The notes beneath the pieces were generated by a model, which ran no database searches, was not told the origin of the DNA, and worked only from the letters and a program-made list of their open reading frames with translations. DNA of 63,476 nucleotides, counting the filler, from Anaerolineae bacterium (lineage in GTDB: Bacteria; Chloroflexota; Anaerolineae; B4-G1; DUEL01), in assembly GCA_041082215.1 (NCBI GenBank). It is 7 parts of 7 records of this genome, joined end to end, with 100 filler letters (N's around TTAATTAATTAA, not from the genome) between each part and the next. Parts side by side here need not be neighbours in the genome. Positions count along the whole stretch, not along the records: positions 29,024 to 59,234 come from JBDOIF010000062.1; positions 59,335 to 60,950 come from JBDOIF010000125.1; 5 more parts are not named here. One strand, given 5' to 3'. A program made the translations under genes and the position numbers. Of this stretch, positions 49,034-59,573 are shown piece by piece (positions within the stretch are counted from its first letter, which is position 1; the number at the start of each line of letters is the position of its first letter).

Positions 49034-50152
49034 ATGGCCGATCAACAGAACATGCTGATCCGCCTGGAGCGATTGCGTAAGGAGTTCAACGGCGTCATCG
49101 CCGTGGAGGGCCTGGATTTGGACGTCGTAGAGGGAGAATTTCTGTGCTTTCTGGGCCCCTCGGGCTGTGGGAAAACGACCACTCTTCGCATGATTGCCGG
49201 GCTGGAAACCCCCACTGCGGGGGACGTTTACCTGCGGGGTCGCCGGATCACCCATCTGCCGCCTCAGCAGCGAAATGTGGGCTTCGTGTTTCAGAACTAT
49301 GCCCTTTTCTGGCATATGACCGTCTATGAGAATCTGGCCTTTGGCCTGCGCGTGCGGAATGTGGCACCGGCAGATATAGACCACAGGGTGAAAGAAATTG
49401 CCGCCAGCCTGGAGTTGACGGATGTGCTCCATGAACGGGCCCGGCGGTTGGACCTCAGCACTATGCAGCGGGTCGCGATGGCCCGCACCCTGGTAACAGA
49501 CCCGGAGGTCCTGCTCCTGGATGAACCCCTGAACAACTTCCGACCCGGCCTGCGGGAAATGATGCGCGGGGAACTGAAACGCTGGCAGATGCACCTGGGA
49601 CGCACAATGATTTATGTCACCCACGACCAGGAAGAGGCGATGACTCTGGGCGACCGCATCCTGGTGATGAACGCGGGCCGATGCGCTCAACTGGATACCC
49701 CTCGCCACATCTATGAACATCCCGCCAATCTGTTCGTGGCCAGTTTTATTGGCCGTCCGCCCATGAACCTGATAGATGTTCGCTACACGGTGGAAGGAGA
49801 AAAGGCCTTCCTTGTGCGCGATTCTCTCCGGCTGGATATCACCCCTCTGCGCGAGAAGATTGAGCGCGCTCTGGCAGGAGAAACCCAACTGGTCCTGGGT
49901 GTACGGCCTGAGCACCTCTCGCCCGGACCGTTTCCGGAAGAGGGTTGGGTTCAGTTCTCGCTTCCGGCGGTGGTGGACCTGGTTCAGCCGCTGGCCCGGA
50001 AGAAGTTCCTGGACCTGAAAATCGGAGATGCGCTGATCAAGATGGTGGTGTCAGGAACAGCCCCATTCCGTCAGGGTGAGCGCTTCCCCCTGGGTTTCCC
50101 GCTCCACCGCATTCACCTGTTTCATCCCACCACTGAGGAGGCAATGCTGTAA
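49034..50152 (+). CDS. Carbohydrate ABC ATP-binding protein with a degenerate signature
   Basis: GPSGCGKT, LLLDEP, VTHD; signature reads LDLSTMQR. Confidence 0.92.
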   Translation: MADQQNMLIRLERLRKEFNGVIAVEGLDLDVVEGEFLCFLGPSGCGKTTTLRMIAGLETPTAGDVYLRGRRITHLPPQQRNVGFVFQNYALFWHMTVYENLAFGLRVRNVAPADIDHRVKEIAASLELTDVLHERARRLDLSTMQRVAMARTLVTDPEVLLLDEPLNNFRPGLREMMRGELKRWQMHLGRTMIYVTHDQEEAMTLGDRILVMNAGRCAQLDTPRHIYEHPANLFVASFIGRPPMNLIDVRYTVEGEKAFLVRDSLRLDITPLREKIERALAGETQLVLGVRPEHLSPGPFPEEGWVQFSLPAVVDLVQPLARKKFLDLKIGDALIKMVVSGTAPFRQGERFPLGFPLHRIHLFHPTTEEAML

Positions 50153-51243
50153 TGGCATCTGCACAGATTGTCAATCTATTCAAATCCTTTGGCAAGGTAC
50201 AGGCTGTTGCCGGCTTGAGTTTTGAGGTAGCAGACGGCGAATTCTTTTGCCTGTTAGGCCCTCCGGGAGCCGGGAAAACCACCACGCTGCGCCTGATCGC
50301 AGGTCTGGAAAAGCCCGACTCGGGTCAGATACGACTGGGTGGGGAATCCATGAACGGGGTCCACCCTATGAACCGGGATGTGGCGATGGTCTTTGAGGAC
50401 GTGGCCCTCTACCCGCACTGGACAGCTTTTGACAACATTGCACATCCGTTGAAACTGCGGAAGGTCCCTGCCCAGGAGATTCGGCGACAGGTGATAGAGG
50501 TGGCAGAAATGCTGCACATCACGCATCTCCTGGATCGGAAACCCGGGACCTTCAGCGGGGGCGAGCGGCGACGGGTAGCGCTCGGCAGGGCGCTGGTGCG
50601 CCGCCCCCGTGTGCTGCTTCTGGACCAGCCTCTCACCGACCTGGATGCCAAAATCCGCCAGGAGATGAGCAACGAACTGAAGCGACTCCAGGTTGAAACC
50701 CGCCAGACTATGATTTACGCCACGCACGACTTTGAAGAAGCGGTCGGCATGGCGGACCGGATTATGGTCGTCAACCAGGGAAAGGAGGTGCAGACCGGCA
50801 CAGCCGAAGAGATTTACGAGACACCTCAAACGACCTTTGTCGCAACGTTCGTGGGCACTCCAGCAATGAATCTGATCCCGTGCCACGCCGCTCAGGAAGA
50901 AAACCGCTGGTCGCTTCGTCACCCGGACTTTCATATCAATTTGCCAGCGTTTGGCGAACTCGCTCTTCCCCAGGAGGCCATCGTCGGAATTCGCCCGGAA
51001 CATATTGCGGTCACCTCTGAGTCGGATCCCCGCGCGATTCCTGTGAGAGTGGATATAGTCCAGATTCTTGGCGATGAGCAAATCGTCGACCTGAGTATGC
51101 AGAGTGGGGTCGTGGTTAAAGCTATCCTACCCCTGACCATTGATGTACGCCCTGGAGACCAGATAAGCATCCGTTTTCCCCTGGAGCGAATCGTGCTCTT
51201 TGATGGCAAAAGCGAGCAGCGGATAGTTCTGCCTGCCAGGTAA
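50152..51243 (+). CDS. Carbohydrate ABC ATP-binding protein with catalytic E to Q
   Basis: GPPGAGKT, FSGGE, LLLDQP. Confidence 0.92.
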   Translation: MASAQIVNLFKSFGKVQAVAGLSFEVADGEFFCLLGPPGAGKTTTLRLIAGLEKPDSGQIRLGGESMNGVHPMNRDVAMVFEDVALYPHWTAFDNIAHPLKLRKVPAQEIRRQVIEVAEMLHITHLLDRKPGTFSGGERRRVALGRALVRRPRVLLLDQPLTDLDAKIRQEMSNELKRLQVETRQTMIYATHDFEEAVGMADRIMVVNQGKEVQTGTAEEIYETPQTTFVATFVGTPAMNLIPCHAAQEENRWSLRHPDFHINLPAFGELALPQEAIVGIRPEHIAVTSESDPRAIPVRVDIVQILGDEQIVDLSMQSGVVVKAILPLTIDVRPGDQISIRFPLERIVLFDGKSEQRIVLPAR

Positions 51244-51270
51244 GAATGCGTCCCTGTGAGGAGGTCCAAA

Positions 51271-52443
51271 ATGAGAGACTCAACTCGCCTGGAAAGGCTG
51301 CGCCAGCGGATGAAAGAAAGCCAGGTGAATGCCCTGGTATGCCGTCTGCCGGAAAACGTCGTCTACCTGACGGATTACTGGCCCCACCATGGCTTCTCCG
51401 TTGCGATTCTGCCCGCGGACGGGAAACCCTTGCTTTTTGTACCGGAAATTGAGGAGGAGTACGCCGACCCCGAATGGGCAGAGGTCAAATCCTTTGGATG
51501 GGGGTTATTGAAAGACGCCGATCTCTATCAGAACTATCGCGCGTTGCTGACGGAGGCCAGAAACACCCTGGGCCTGCAAAATGCGCGTGTCGGCATAGAA
51601 AGGAGTTTTGAGATAACTGGCCCGACATACCGCGCCGCGGAGCCGGTTGTGCCCGCCGCGCCCTGGTGGTCCCTCCTGCATGAGATTTTCGCGGACGCCC
51701 AACTGGTGGACGCCACCGATCTGCTGATGGCCTCCAGAGCAGTGAAGAGCGACTACGAGATTCAAAAACTCCGGCTGGCCTGCGAGATTGCTGAAATGGG
51801 CATGCGGGAATTCCTTGCCCGGCTCCAGCCCGGGATGACCGAGGCGCAGGTGGGTGCCCTGGTGGAACACAAGATTCGGTCCGAAGGCCCTGGATATAAA
51901 GGGGCCCGACTGGTGCGCGCCTTCGCCGAGGTGGGAACCGGGCCGGTGGGAAGTACGAAAGGGACTCTTCTGGTTCCCTCCACTCCGCGCCGCGTTGAGG
52001 AAGGGGACATCGTGATGGTGGAACTGGCGACCGTTGTGGACGGGTACTGGTCCGACCTGACCTATGTGGCGGTGGCAGGGAAGCCCAACGAACGGCAGCG
52101 GGAAGTCCACAATGCGGTACTGGAAGCGCAGCAGGCGGCTGCCCGCCAACTGCGGGCAGGGGCCTCCTTTGCGGACCCCGACCGGGCGGCGCGGGAAGTC
52201 CTGGAGCGGGCGGGCCTGGGGTCATATTTCGTCCATATCACCGGACATGGGGTTGGGCTGCGGTACCACGAGTTTGTTCCTGTGTTAATGCCCGGAGCCT
52301 CAGGTACATTGGAAACGAACATGGTCTGTAGCGTGGAGCCGGGGGTGTACATCCCGGAGTTCGGGGGAATCCGCATAGAAGATGATGTGGCCGTTGGCGA
52401 GGAGGGGCCGGTATTCCTATCTACCCCTCGCCAGCCGTGGTAA
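51271..52443 (+). CDS. M24 family (Xaa-Pro peptidase/creatinase-fold) hydrolase
   Basis: GYWSDLT, GHGVG, SVEPG, GIRIEDD. Confidence 0.88.
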   Translation: MRDSTRLERLRQRMKESQVNALVCRLPENVVYLTDYWPHHGFSVAILPADGKPLLFVPEIEEEYADPEWAEVKSFGWGLLKDADLYQNYRALLTEARNTLGLQNARVGIERSFEITGPTYRAAEPVVPAAPWWSLLHEIFADAQLVDATDLLMASRAVKSDYEIQKLRLACEIAEMGMREFLARLQPGMTEAQVGALVEHKIRSEGPGYKGARLVRAFAEVGTGPVGSTKGTLLVPSTPRRVEEGDIVMVELATVVDGYWSDLTYVAVAGKPNERQREVHNAVLEAQQAAARQLRAGASFADPDRAAREVLERAGLGSYFVHITGHGVGLRYHEFVPVLMPGASGTLETNMVCSVEPGVYIPEFGGIRIEDDVAVGEEGPVFLSTPRQPW

Positions 52444-52483
52444 ATCTGATCACTTCACACGTAAACCTGAAGGAGGGATTGCC

Positions 52484-53254
52484 ATGAGGCTGAAGGATAG
52501 AGTCGCCATTATCACCGGTGCTGGCAAGGGCATCGGTCAGGGCATCGCGAAGGTCTTCGTCCAGGAAGGGGCGAAGGTCGTGGTCGTGGACTGGGACGAA
52601 GAGGCCGGGAAGCGAACGGCGGAGGAACTCCGCCAGGCCGGGGGGGACGCCCTCTTCGTCAAATGCGACGTTTCCAAAGAGGACCAGGTCAAGGCTATGG
52701 TCCAGGCGGCGCTGGAAAAGTACGGTCGCATTGACATCCTGGTCAACAATGCAGGGGTGGGCGTCTACAAGTCGGTGCTGGATGCCACCAGCGAGGATTG
52801 GGACCTCTGTCTGGGCGTCAACCTGAAGGGAGTCTTCCTCTGTTCCAAGTACGTGATCCCCCATATGCAGGCCATTGGCAAGGGGGTCATCATCAATATC
52901 TCCTCTGTCCACTCTGCGGCCACTGTGGCCGGGGTGGCACCCTATGCGGCCTCCAAAGGTGGGGTCACTGCCCTTACCCGCAATATGGCCATTGATTACG
53001 GTCCCACCATTCGGGTGGTGGCGATCTCTCCCGGCTGGGTGCTCACGCCTCTGATCCAGAGTATCTTCAACTCGTATCCCGATCCCGCCGAGCAACAGCG
53101 GATCGTTGAACAGCGACAGGTAATGAAGCGGATCGGCCGACCGGAGGACATCGGCTACGCAGCGGCCTTTCTGGCCAGCGATGAGGCCTCGTTTATCACC
53201 GGCACGGAGATATTCGTGGACGGCGGCCTGACGGCACAACTGGAGACGTGGTAG
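52484..53254 (+). CDS. Short-chain dehydrogenase/reductase
   Basis: TGAGKGIG, NNAG, YAASK. Confidence 0.95.
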   Translation: MRLKDRVAIITGAGKGIGQGIAKVFVQEGAKVVVVDWDEEAGKRTAEELRQAGGDALFVKCDVSKEDQVKAMVQAALEKYGRIDILVNNAGVGVYKSVLDATSEDWDLCLGVNLKGVFLCSKYVIPHMQAIGKGVIINISSVHSAATVAGVAPYAASKGGVTALTRNMAIDYGPTIRVVAISPGWVLTPLIQSIFNSYPDPAEQQRIVEQRQVMKRIGRPEDIGYAAAFLASDEASFITGTEIFVDGGLTAQLETW

Positions 53255-53262
53255 GAGGGGGT

Positions 53263-54420
53263 ATGAGCAGCCCAACCCTTACTTTTGACATCACCAAAGA
53301 TAACCTCAGCGCATTCGCAGGGAAAGGACCCGCGTTTGTCACTTTTGGAGAGACAATGGTTCGGGATACGCCTGCAGATATGCAGCGTCCGGAAGCCACT
53401 CGCCTGGTCCATCTTTCCCTGGCTGGAAGCGAATTTACTCTGGCGATGTTGCTGGCCCGGTTGGGCATCCCCTCAGCCTATATCACCAGGGTCCCCGACA
53501 ACCCCTACGGCTGGCTCCTTCGGGATACTGCCCGCGCCAATGGAGTCAACGCGGATTACTTTGTGTGGGCTCCCCGGGCGGAGCCGATTGGTCGGTTTAT
53601 CTACGAAATCGGCCGTACCCCGCGCCCCGATGTGGGATGGTATCAGCGGATGTATTCCGCCGCCAGCCGGCTGGGGCCTGGGATGGCGAACTGGAAAGAC
53701 GCCCTCCGGGACTGCCGATTGTTTCATACGTCCGGGATCACGTTCGGACTGGCTGTCCATAGCGGTTATGAACGCAATTTCCTGCTGGAGGCATTTTACG
53801 AGGCGCTCGCGGCCAAACCGGCGGGGTGTCTGGTCGGTCTGGACTTCAACTACCGGGGAACGTTGTGGAGTAAAGAGCAGTGTGCGGCCGTGATGACGCC
53901 CGTGCTGACCGAGTGTGTGGATATTTTAATCACCACCATAGAGGATATGGCCAAAGTATACGGGATCGGATGCGGGCGGTACAGCGCGGAGCAGATAGAC
54001 CGGGGGGACTTTGACCGGCCGGAAGACGACGATTTGCGCGCGTTTGCCTCGGATTTGATCACCCGCTTTAAAGTGCGGATAGTCGCTATCACTATCCGGT
54101 ATCCGGATAACTTTGAGCAACACCGCTGGGAATCCGCCGTGATGGACAACGAGGGGAACTTCTTCCGTTCCGCTGCTGTCAGGCCCATTACACTTTTGGA
54201 CCGGTTGGGAGGAGGAGATACCTGGAACGGGGGATTGTACTACGGACTCTTGACGGAGGGGGTCAACGCTGCTGGTTTGCAGAAGGGACTCGTCGTGGGA
54301 GATGCCGCTACCCGGCTTCAACAGACTCTGATGTTTGACCTTCCCATTATCAACAAGGCGGAGGTACAGGCATTGATCCGCGCGGATATTGCCGGCGGGG
54401 GGAAGCGGACAGTGCGATAA
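53263..54420 (+). CDS. PfkB sugar kinase, KdgK-like
   Basis: VTFGETM, HTSGIT, DFNYR, DRLGGGD. Confidence 0.88.
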   Translation: MSSPTLTFDITKDNLSAFAGKGPAFVTFGETMVRDTPADMQRPEATRLVHLSLAGSEFTLAMLLARLGIPSAYITRVPDNPYGWLLRDTARANGVNADYFVWAPRAEPIGRFIYEIGRTPRPDVGWYQRMYSAASRLGPGMANWKDALRDCRLFHTSGITFGLAVHSGYERNFLLEAFYEALAAKPAGCLVGLDFNYRGTLWSKEQCAAVMTPVLTECVDILITTIEDMAKVYGIGCGRYSAEQIDRGDFDRPEDDDLRAFASDLITRFKVRIVAITIRYPDNFEQHRWESAVMDNEGNFFRSAAVRPITLLDRLGGGDTWNGGLYYGLLTEGVNAAGLQKGLVVGDAATRLQQTLMFDLPIINKAEVQALIRADIAGGGKRTVR

Positions 54421-54473
54421 GAGGCAGAGAGATATTTTCCACAGCGTGGGTTACCTTCAGCCAGCCCCGGCGA

Positions 54474-54520
54474 GCGCAGAGGGCGCAGGGATTGTAGTGG
54501 TCTCCCTGCGCTCTCTGCGT
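54474..54520 (+). terminator. Stem-loop between convergent genes
   Basis: 18-bp stem GCGCAGAGGGCGCAGGGA/TCCCTGCGCTCTCTGCGT with two G.U pairs; no U tract. Confidence 0.45.
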
Positions 54521-54619
54521 GCCTGGGGTGAGGAGAGTCTGCGATAAACAACAAAAACATGAGGGGGAAGTTACCGCATCGGTTGGCGCATCGTCGAAAG
54601 ACGGTTGTGTAACGCCTGG

Positions 54620-56674
54620 CTATTGCCGATGCCGCTGTCGTCGCAGCACGAGGTAAATGCCCAGGCCGACGAGCAACAGAAGAAAAGCCACAACACCCCC
54701 GTAAAGGCCGATGGATGCTTGGGGCACCGATTCAACCACGGGAGTTGGACTGGCAGTCGCAGTAGGCGGGACGATTGTTGGCGTTGGCGTGACCGGCGGA
54801 GCGGGAATCTCAAGAGAGATCACCTCGCTTACCGCTGATTGGTACAGTCCGGCGCCGCTCCAGACAGCGCGCAGCCATAGAGTCCCAGCGTGCTCAATCG
54901 GGACAGATGCCGCAAAGCGTCCTCTTTCGGGCACGACGCTGGCGACATCCTGCCATGCGATCTGGTCGTTGCTCATCTGGACGGTTACCGTTCCCTCGGA
55001 AATCGGCAGGTTGAGCTTACCGCGCAGTTTGAACACACTGCCAGCGGTCAACGGTTGTTCCTCGGGCAGTTGAATCGTGTACGTCTTCCAACCGATGCCC
55101 ACAGAGAGGGTCTTGATCTCCTCGTCGTCCACCAGAACAGTCATCTGCATATCTTCCAGACCGCTGTTAACGCGCAGGGATATAGCCCGCGTCCCCTCGG
55201 GGAACGGCAGCAAAACCCGTGCCGTCTTCTCCTCGCCGCCTGCCCAGGCAAAGTTTTCGGCCTCGTCTCCCCAGGGGCTTTCATCTCCGGAGAAGCCTTG
55301 CGCCAGATAGGGCCGCACCGAAGGATCGCCGATGTCTAATTTCAGCAGCGGAGTTCGGTCTTCGCTCAAGAAGATGATGTAATCAAAAGCAACAGCCAGC
55401 ACGCGGGTGTCTTCCGGGCCTGGCACGAAGGTCTTGCTGAAAATGAATTTTAACTCTTCGGGTCCCTCCTGGAAAGCAATTGTGGGGGAGTCAGCATAAT
55501 AGGCCCTGGCGACCTCCGCCGCCGGTTTGGGTGAATAATCCAGGTAGAATATCCCCTGGTTCTGCTCCGTGATTGGGAGCGGATTCTCCAGGAAGGCAAT
55601 CGGTTGCGATTCTGGCGGCCAGATGAAATCGGTCAAAACCCAGTTGAGCGCCCCGGCCAGTTTCAGGCGCAGGAAAGCCACGTCCAGATACACATCATAG
55701 ACCACTTGCTGGAACTCGGGAGAGAAACTTGCTCCTGCACTCGGAGACCCATATTCGGCAAAGACAATCGGCATGGGATGGGTCAATTGGCTTTGCATAT
55801 AAAGGATCTTGTCTTGCAGTGTGCGCGCCATCATCTCGCGGTCTTGACTTGCGCCCCAGCCATATCCTTCGATTTGCGCTGGGTCATCACTCCCTAGAAT
55901 GTTGGGGGCATCTCCTCCAAAGAACTGCGGCATCAGAAAATCGGTAAAATCCTGTGCCAGCAGGGAGGTCGTCGGCCAGCAGAAGCCAACCGTAATGAGA
56001 TGATGGGAGTCGAGTCGGCGGATGGTATCGGCCATGAAGCGCAGCATGTTCAGCATATTCGTCTTTGTGCAATAAGGAAGCAATCCGTAACAGCCGGTTG
56101 GGTATTGCTGCAAGACAAATCCATCCACATCGGTTTGCAGGTCCCAGGCGATGATGTAGGGGTTGTCGGCGAAGGCAGGGATGACCGCCTCGAGGTATCG
56201 CTGCAAACCCGGATAGTAGGCGGGATCCAGGAACTGAGGACACAAATCCCCCAGCCATAGAATCAGGCGCAAATCGTGTTTTTCAGCAAGTTGGACCAGT
56301 GTCTGAACCGCCTCCAGATACTCCGGCCGGACCTGCTTGAAGGTCCGCGCGCTTGTGCAGGAGAGATCGCCGATCGCTGTTGGCGCGTGCAGACCAGTGC
56401 GGATGGTATTAGCCCCATAGGCTTTGGCGAGCGCGAATTCGTGATCCACCTCTTCCCAATCCCACGTTGTCATATCGGTCCATCCGTAATCACGAGGATA
56501 ATAGTTGTAGCCTTTGACGATGAAGCGCTCGCCGTTCAGCATCAAGTAGGTACCCTCGACATAAACAAAGCCCTCGGGATGGGATTGAACCTGTGGAGAC
56601 TTGGGCGAAAACGCAAGCATTGCCACCAATGCGGCAAACAGCCACCAAAAGACCAGGTGAAAGATGGTCCGCAT
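54620..56674 (-). CDS. Surface-anchored GH-A clan (GH5/GH2-like) glycoside hydrolase-like protein
   Basis: KGYNYYP, GANTIR, IIAWDL, HLITVG, IVFAEYG; signal peptide, PT linker, C-terminal TM with basic tail. Confidence 0.78.
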   Translation of the reverse strand: MRTIFHLVFWWLFAALVAMLAFSPKSPQVQSHPEGFVYVEGTYLMLNGERFIVKGYNYYPRDYGWTDMTTWDWEEVDHEFALAKAYGANTIRTGLHAPTAIGDLSCTSARTFKQVRPEYLEAVQTLVQLAEKHDLRLILWLGDLCPQFLDPAYYPGLQRYLEAVIPAFADNPYIIAWDLQTDVDGFVLQQYPTGCYGLLPYCTKTNMLNMLRFMADTIRRLDSHHLITVGFCWPTTSLLAQDFTDFLMPQFFGGDAPNILGSDDPAQIEGYGWGASQDREMMARTLQDKILYMQSQLTHPMPIVFAEYGSPSAGASFSPEFQQVVYDVYLDVAFLRLKLAGALNWVLTDFIWPPESQPIAFLENPLPITEQNQGIFYLDYSPKPAAEVARAYYADSPTIAFQEGPEELKFIFSKTFVPGPEDTRVLAVAFDYIIFLSEDRTPLLKLDIGDPSVRPYLAQGFSGDESPWGDEAENFAWAGGEEKTARVLLPFPEGTRAISLRVNSGLEDMQMTVLVDDEEIKTLSVGIGWKTYTIQLPEEQPLTAGSVFKLRGKLNLPISEGTVTVQMSNDQIAWQDVASVVPERGRFAASVPIEHAGTLWLRAVWSGAGLYQSAVSEVISLEIPAPPVTPTPTIVPPTATASPTPVVESVPQASIGLYGGVVAFLLLLVGLGIYLVLRRQRHRQ

Positions 56675-56732
56675 TTCACACCTCCTTCAGACTATACGCA
56701 AGCAAAGAAAACAAAACCGATGGCTGAAGAAG

Positions 56733-57071
56733 TCAGCATATGCCTCGCTTCCACTTAAGCTTGACGGTGTAACTGGCCTCTGCCCCAGCCTTCGCCACAG
56801 CGAAGTTGCCCAGTTCGCCGGTGGCCTTGAGGCCAAAGGTAACCTCAATCTCGTCCGGCGGGTCGGAGAGGCCGCGCAGTTTCTTGATGAAGGCGGCAGC
56901 GTTGCGACGGACGATCTCCAGCCCCTCCTCAAAGGTGGCCGTGGCCTGCGCGACCGCCTCCTCTGCCTTCCCCCGCAACCCCGCCTTGACGACCCCCATC
57001 TCGTCGGTCTCCTCGACCTCGATCAGGATGGAGCTGCCATCCTCGGTCTGGAACTGGATGTATTGGGCCAT
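56733..57071 (-). CDS. Trypco1 / CU044_2847-like small protein
   Basis: PDEIEVTFGLKATGELGNFAVAKAGAEASYTVKLKW motif. Confidence 0.82.
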   Translation of the reverse strand: MAQYIQFQTEDGSSILIEVEETDEMGVVKAGLRGKAEEAVAQATATFEEGLEIVRRNAAAFIKKLRGLSDPPDEIEVTFGLKATGELGNFAVAKAGAEASYTVKLKWKRGIC

Positions 57072-57100
57072 TGGACCTCCTTCAGGTGACTGTCACATTG

Positions 57101-59234
57101 TTACTCCCGCAGGCGCAGCCAGCGGCGCATGAGGGGGATGAGAAAGTCCCACCGACCGGTTGGGTCGGCCTCAACCAGGTCGCGCCTTTGCAGGTAGTCC
57201 AGCGCTTCGGCGACTTGCTGTGGGCCAAGCCCGGCGAGCCGGGCCAGGTCGTCCGCCGTCGCCGGGCCGGCCGCCAGCGCGCGCAATACGGCCTCCGCCG
57301 CCCCCCGCCCGGCAATCTGGTCGTTCCAGACGCCGTCAAAGTAGCGGGTCTCGCTGCGGACGAACTCGTCGCTCAGCACGGCATCCAGGTCCTCGGGCAG
57401 CAGCCGCGCCTCACGCTCCTTCTCCAGGTCGAACAGCTCGTGGTTGAGGTGGCTGACCAGCTCCTGGCAGATGCGCTGCACCAGCAGCGGCTGGCCGTGG
57501 GTCTCGGCGATGATGCGCGCGATCACTTCGGGGTGGTAATTGAGCGGAAAATCGGGGGTCGGGCGGGCGATCAACTGCTCCGCCGCCTCCCGCGGCAGGT
57601 AGGAGACGGGGATGTTCACATAGGACTCGTGGAAGGCGTGACGGTAGTCGCGGCTCATCTCGTCCAGCGTGTGCAGCCCGGCCAGCACCAGCGCGACGCG
57701 CGGCCGGAAAGAGAGGTCGCGCAGATAGTCGTAGATCTCGCGTCCGATCTTGTCCCTCCGCACGGCCCCGTCCACCGCCTCGAACTCGTCCAGGGCCAGG
57801 ATCAGCCGGCCGTCTTCCGGCAGCGCGGCCAGCACCCGTTCTACCAGCCGCCGGAAGGCCAGCCCCGCCTCGGCAGGGGTGGCGTAATCGGCCGGGGAAG
57901 GTTCAGAGATACCCAGGCCACGCTCGCCAGCAGCCCAGACAATCCGATCGGCCAGGCCGCGCAGCAGGTAGTGGACTCCCTTGATCAGCGCGGCCTCCCC
58001 CTTCAGGTCGGCATAGACCAGCAGCGTCCCGGGCGGGGCGACCTGGTCCAGGTTGTGCAGGATGGAGGATTTGCCCATGCGCCGGTGGCCGTAGAGGATG
58101 ACCGAATCGGGGTTGGGCCGCGCCGACCAGATTTCCTCGATGCGCCGGAGGATATCCCCGCGGCCGACGAAGAGAGGCGGCGCGACCGGCCGGCCGGTCT
58201 GGTAGGGGTTGGGGAAGGGCTGGGCGGGACGGGGCCAGAAGGAGGCCCGCCGCTCGCCGCCGACCAGCGCCCGCCGGGCAACGGGGGCCATCTCGCGCAG
58301 GGCGCGCTCGCCCAGCCGCCCGGCCGCCCCGGCCACCAGCGACTGCCAGCGGCGCACCGTCAGGGCCAGGAGCGCCCGCTCCGGCAGACGGATGGCCTCC
58401 ACGTAGGCCGCCAGGTCGTCGAGCATGCCGACGGCGCGGTTGAGGGCGGCAGCCTGCGCCGCCGGGCTGGTGGCCTGGCGGAAGCGGGCTACCTCGGTGG
58501 CCACATCCCCCAGGCCGCGCAGCGCCTCCAGCACCTGCGGGCGCAGGGGCACGGCGCCCCGTACCCCTACTTCTAACAGACGCTCCAGCCAGCCCATTCC
58601 CCGCCACGAGACGGCGATGGCGTCCACATCCTCCAGCGCGCCCAGGCGCACCAGCGCCGTAAGGGAAAGGGCAACCTCCTCGCCGTGGGGCAGCGGCCGC
58701 ACCGCCGATACGGCAGCCTCCAGCAGCGCTGTATCCATGCCCTCTTCGGCGAGCCGCTCCTCATCCAGCAGGGCCAGCAGCAGGCGGGCCAGGGGGGCCA
58801 CCCGGGGGCAGGGCCGCCCGCGCAGAGGCCAGGTGGCGGCCCAGGCCAGTTGCTCCGAGGTGCGGCTTTGCCCCCCTGTAGCGTCCACAAAGGCGCCAGC
58901 CAGCTCGCCCAGCCAGAGGGACCGCGCGGACGGGAACAGGCGTGTTTGTTGCTCGTTCAGAGGTTCCACCAGGTACTCATCGAGCAGGGGGTCGGGCAGG
59001 GCAGAATACAGGGTGGCCAGCGGATCGGGTGCCCCGGCCAGGAAGCGCGCCCAGCCGCGGGCCACCGCCCAGCGCTGGAAGGGATTGCGCAGCAGGGCGC
59101 GGGTGGCCCGCAGGCCCAGGGCCGGCTCCTCCCTCAGCGCGGCGGCCAGCAGCCGGTCCAGGCCGGGGAAGGGGAGCACGGCCAGTTCGTCGCTAAGGGC
59201 CGGATGGCCGGCAAGCCGCCGGCCGGCCGGGCCT
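57101..59234 (-). CDS. STAND-like AAA ATPase with a C-terminal wHTH (5' truncated)
   Basis: NPYQTGRPV...FVGR, YGHRRMGKSS, LILALDEFE, THGQPLLVQ. Confidence 0.85.
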
Positions 59235-59334
59235 NNNNNNNNNNNNNNNNNNNNNNNNNNNNNNNNNNNNNNNNNNNNTTAATTAATTAANNNNNNNNNN
59301 NNNNNNNNNNNNNNNNNNNNNNNNNNNNNNNNNN

Positions 59335-59537
59335 GAACCAGGTGGAACTCTGGTTCAGCATTCTGGTGCGCCGGTTGTTAAAGCGGGCCAGTTTCTCCTC
59401 GGTGGAGGAGTTACGCCAGCGCCTCCTGGCATTTATAGAGTATTTCAATCGGCTCCTGGCGCGGCCCTTTCGGTGGACTTATGCCGGAAAGCCGCTGGCG
59501 ATTTAACTGGTGAAGGATTTGCGCCACGATGCACTAG
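59335..59537 (+). mobile_element. IS630-family transposase C-terminus and right end
   Basis: NQVELWFSILVRRLLKRASF...PFRWTY stop at 59506; terminus ...GATGCACTAG with a TA target. Confidence 0.82.
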
Positions 59538-59573
59538 CCACTTAAGGTATAGCGGGTATAGCCCAAAACGATC

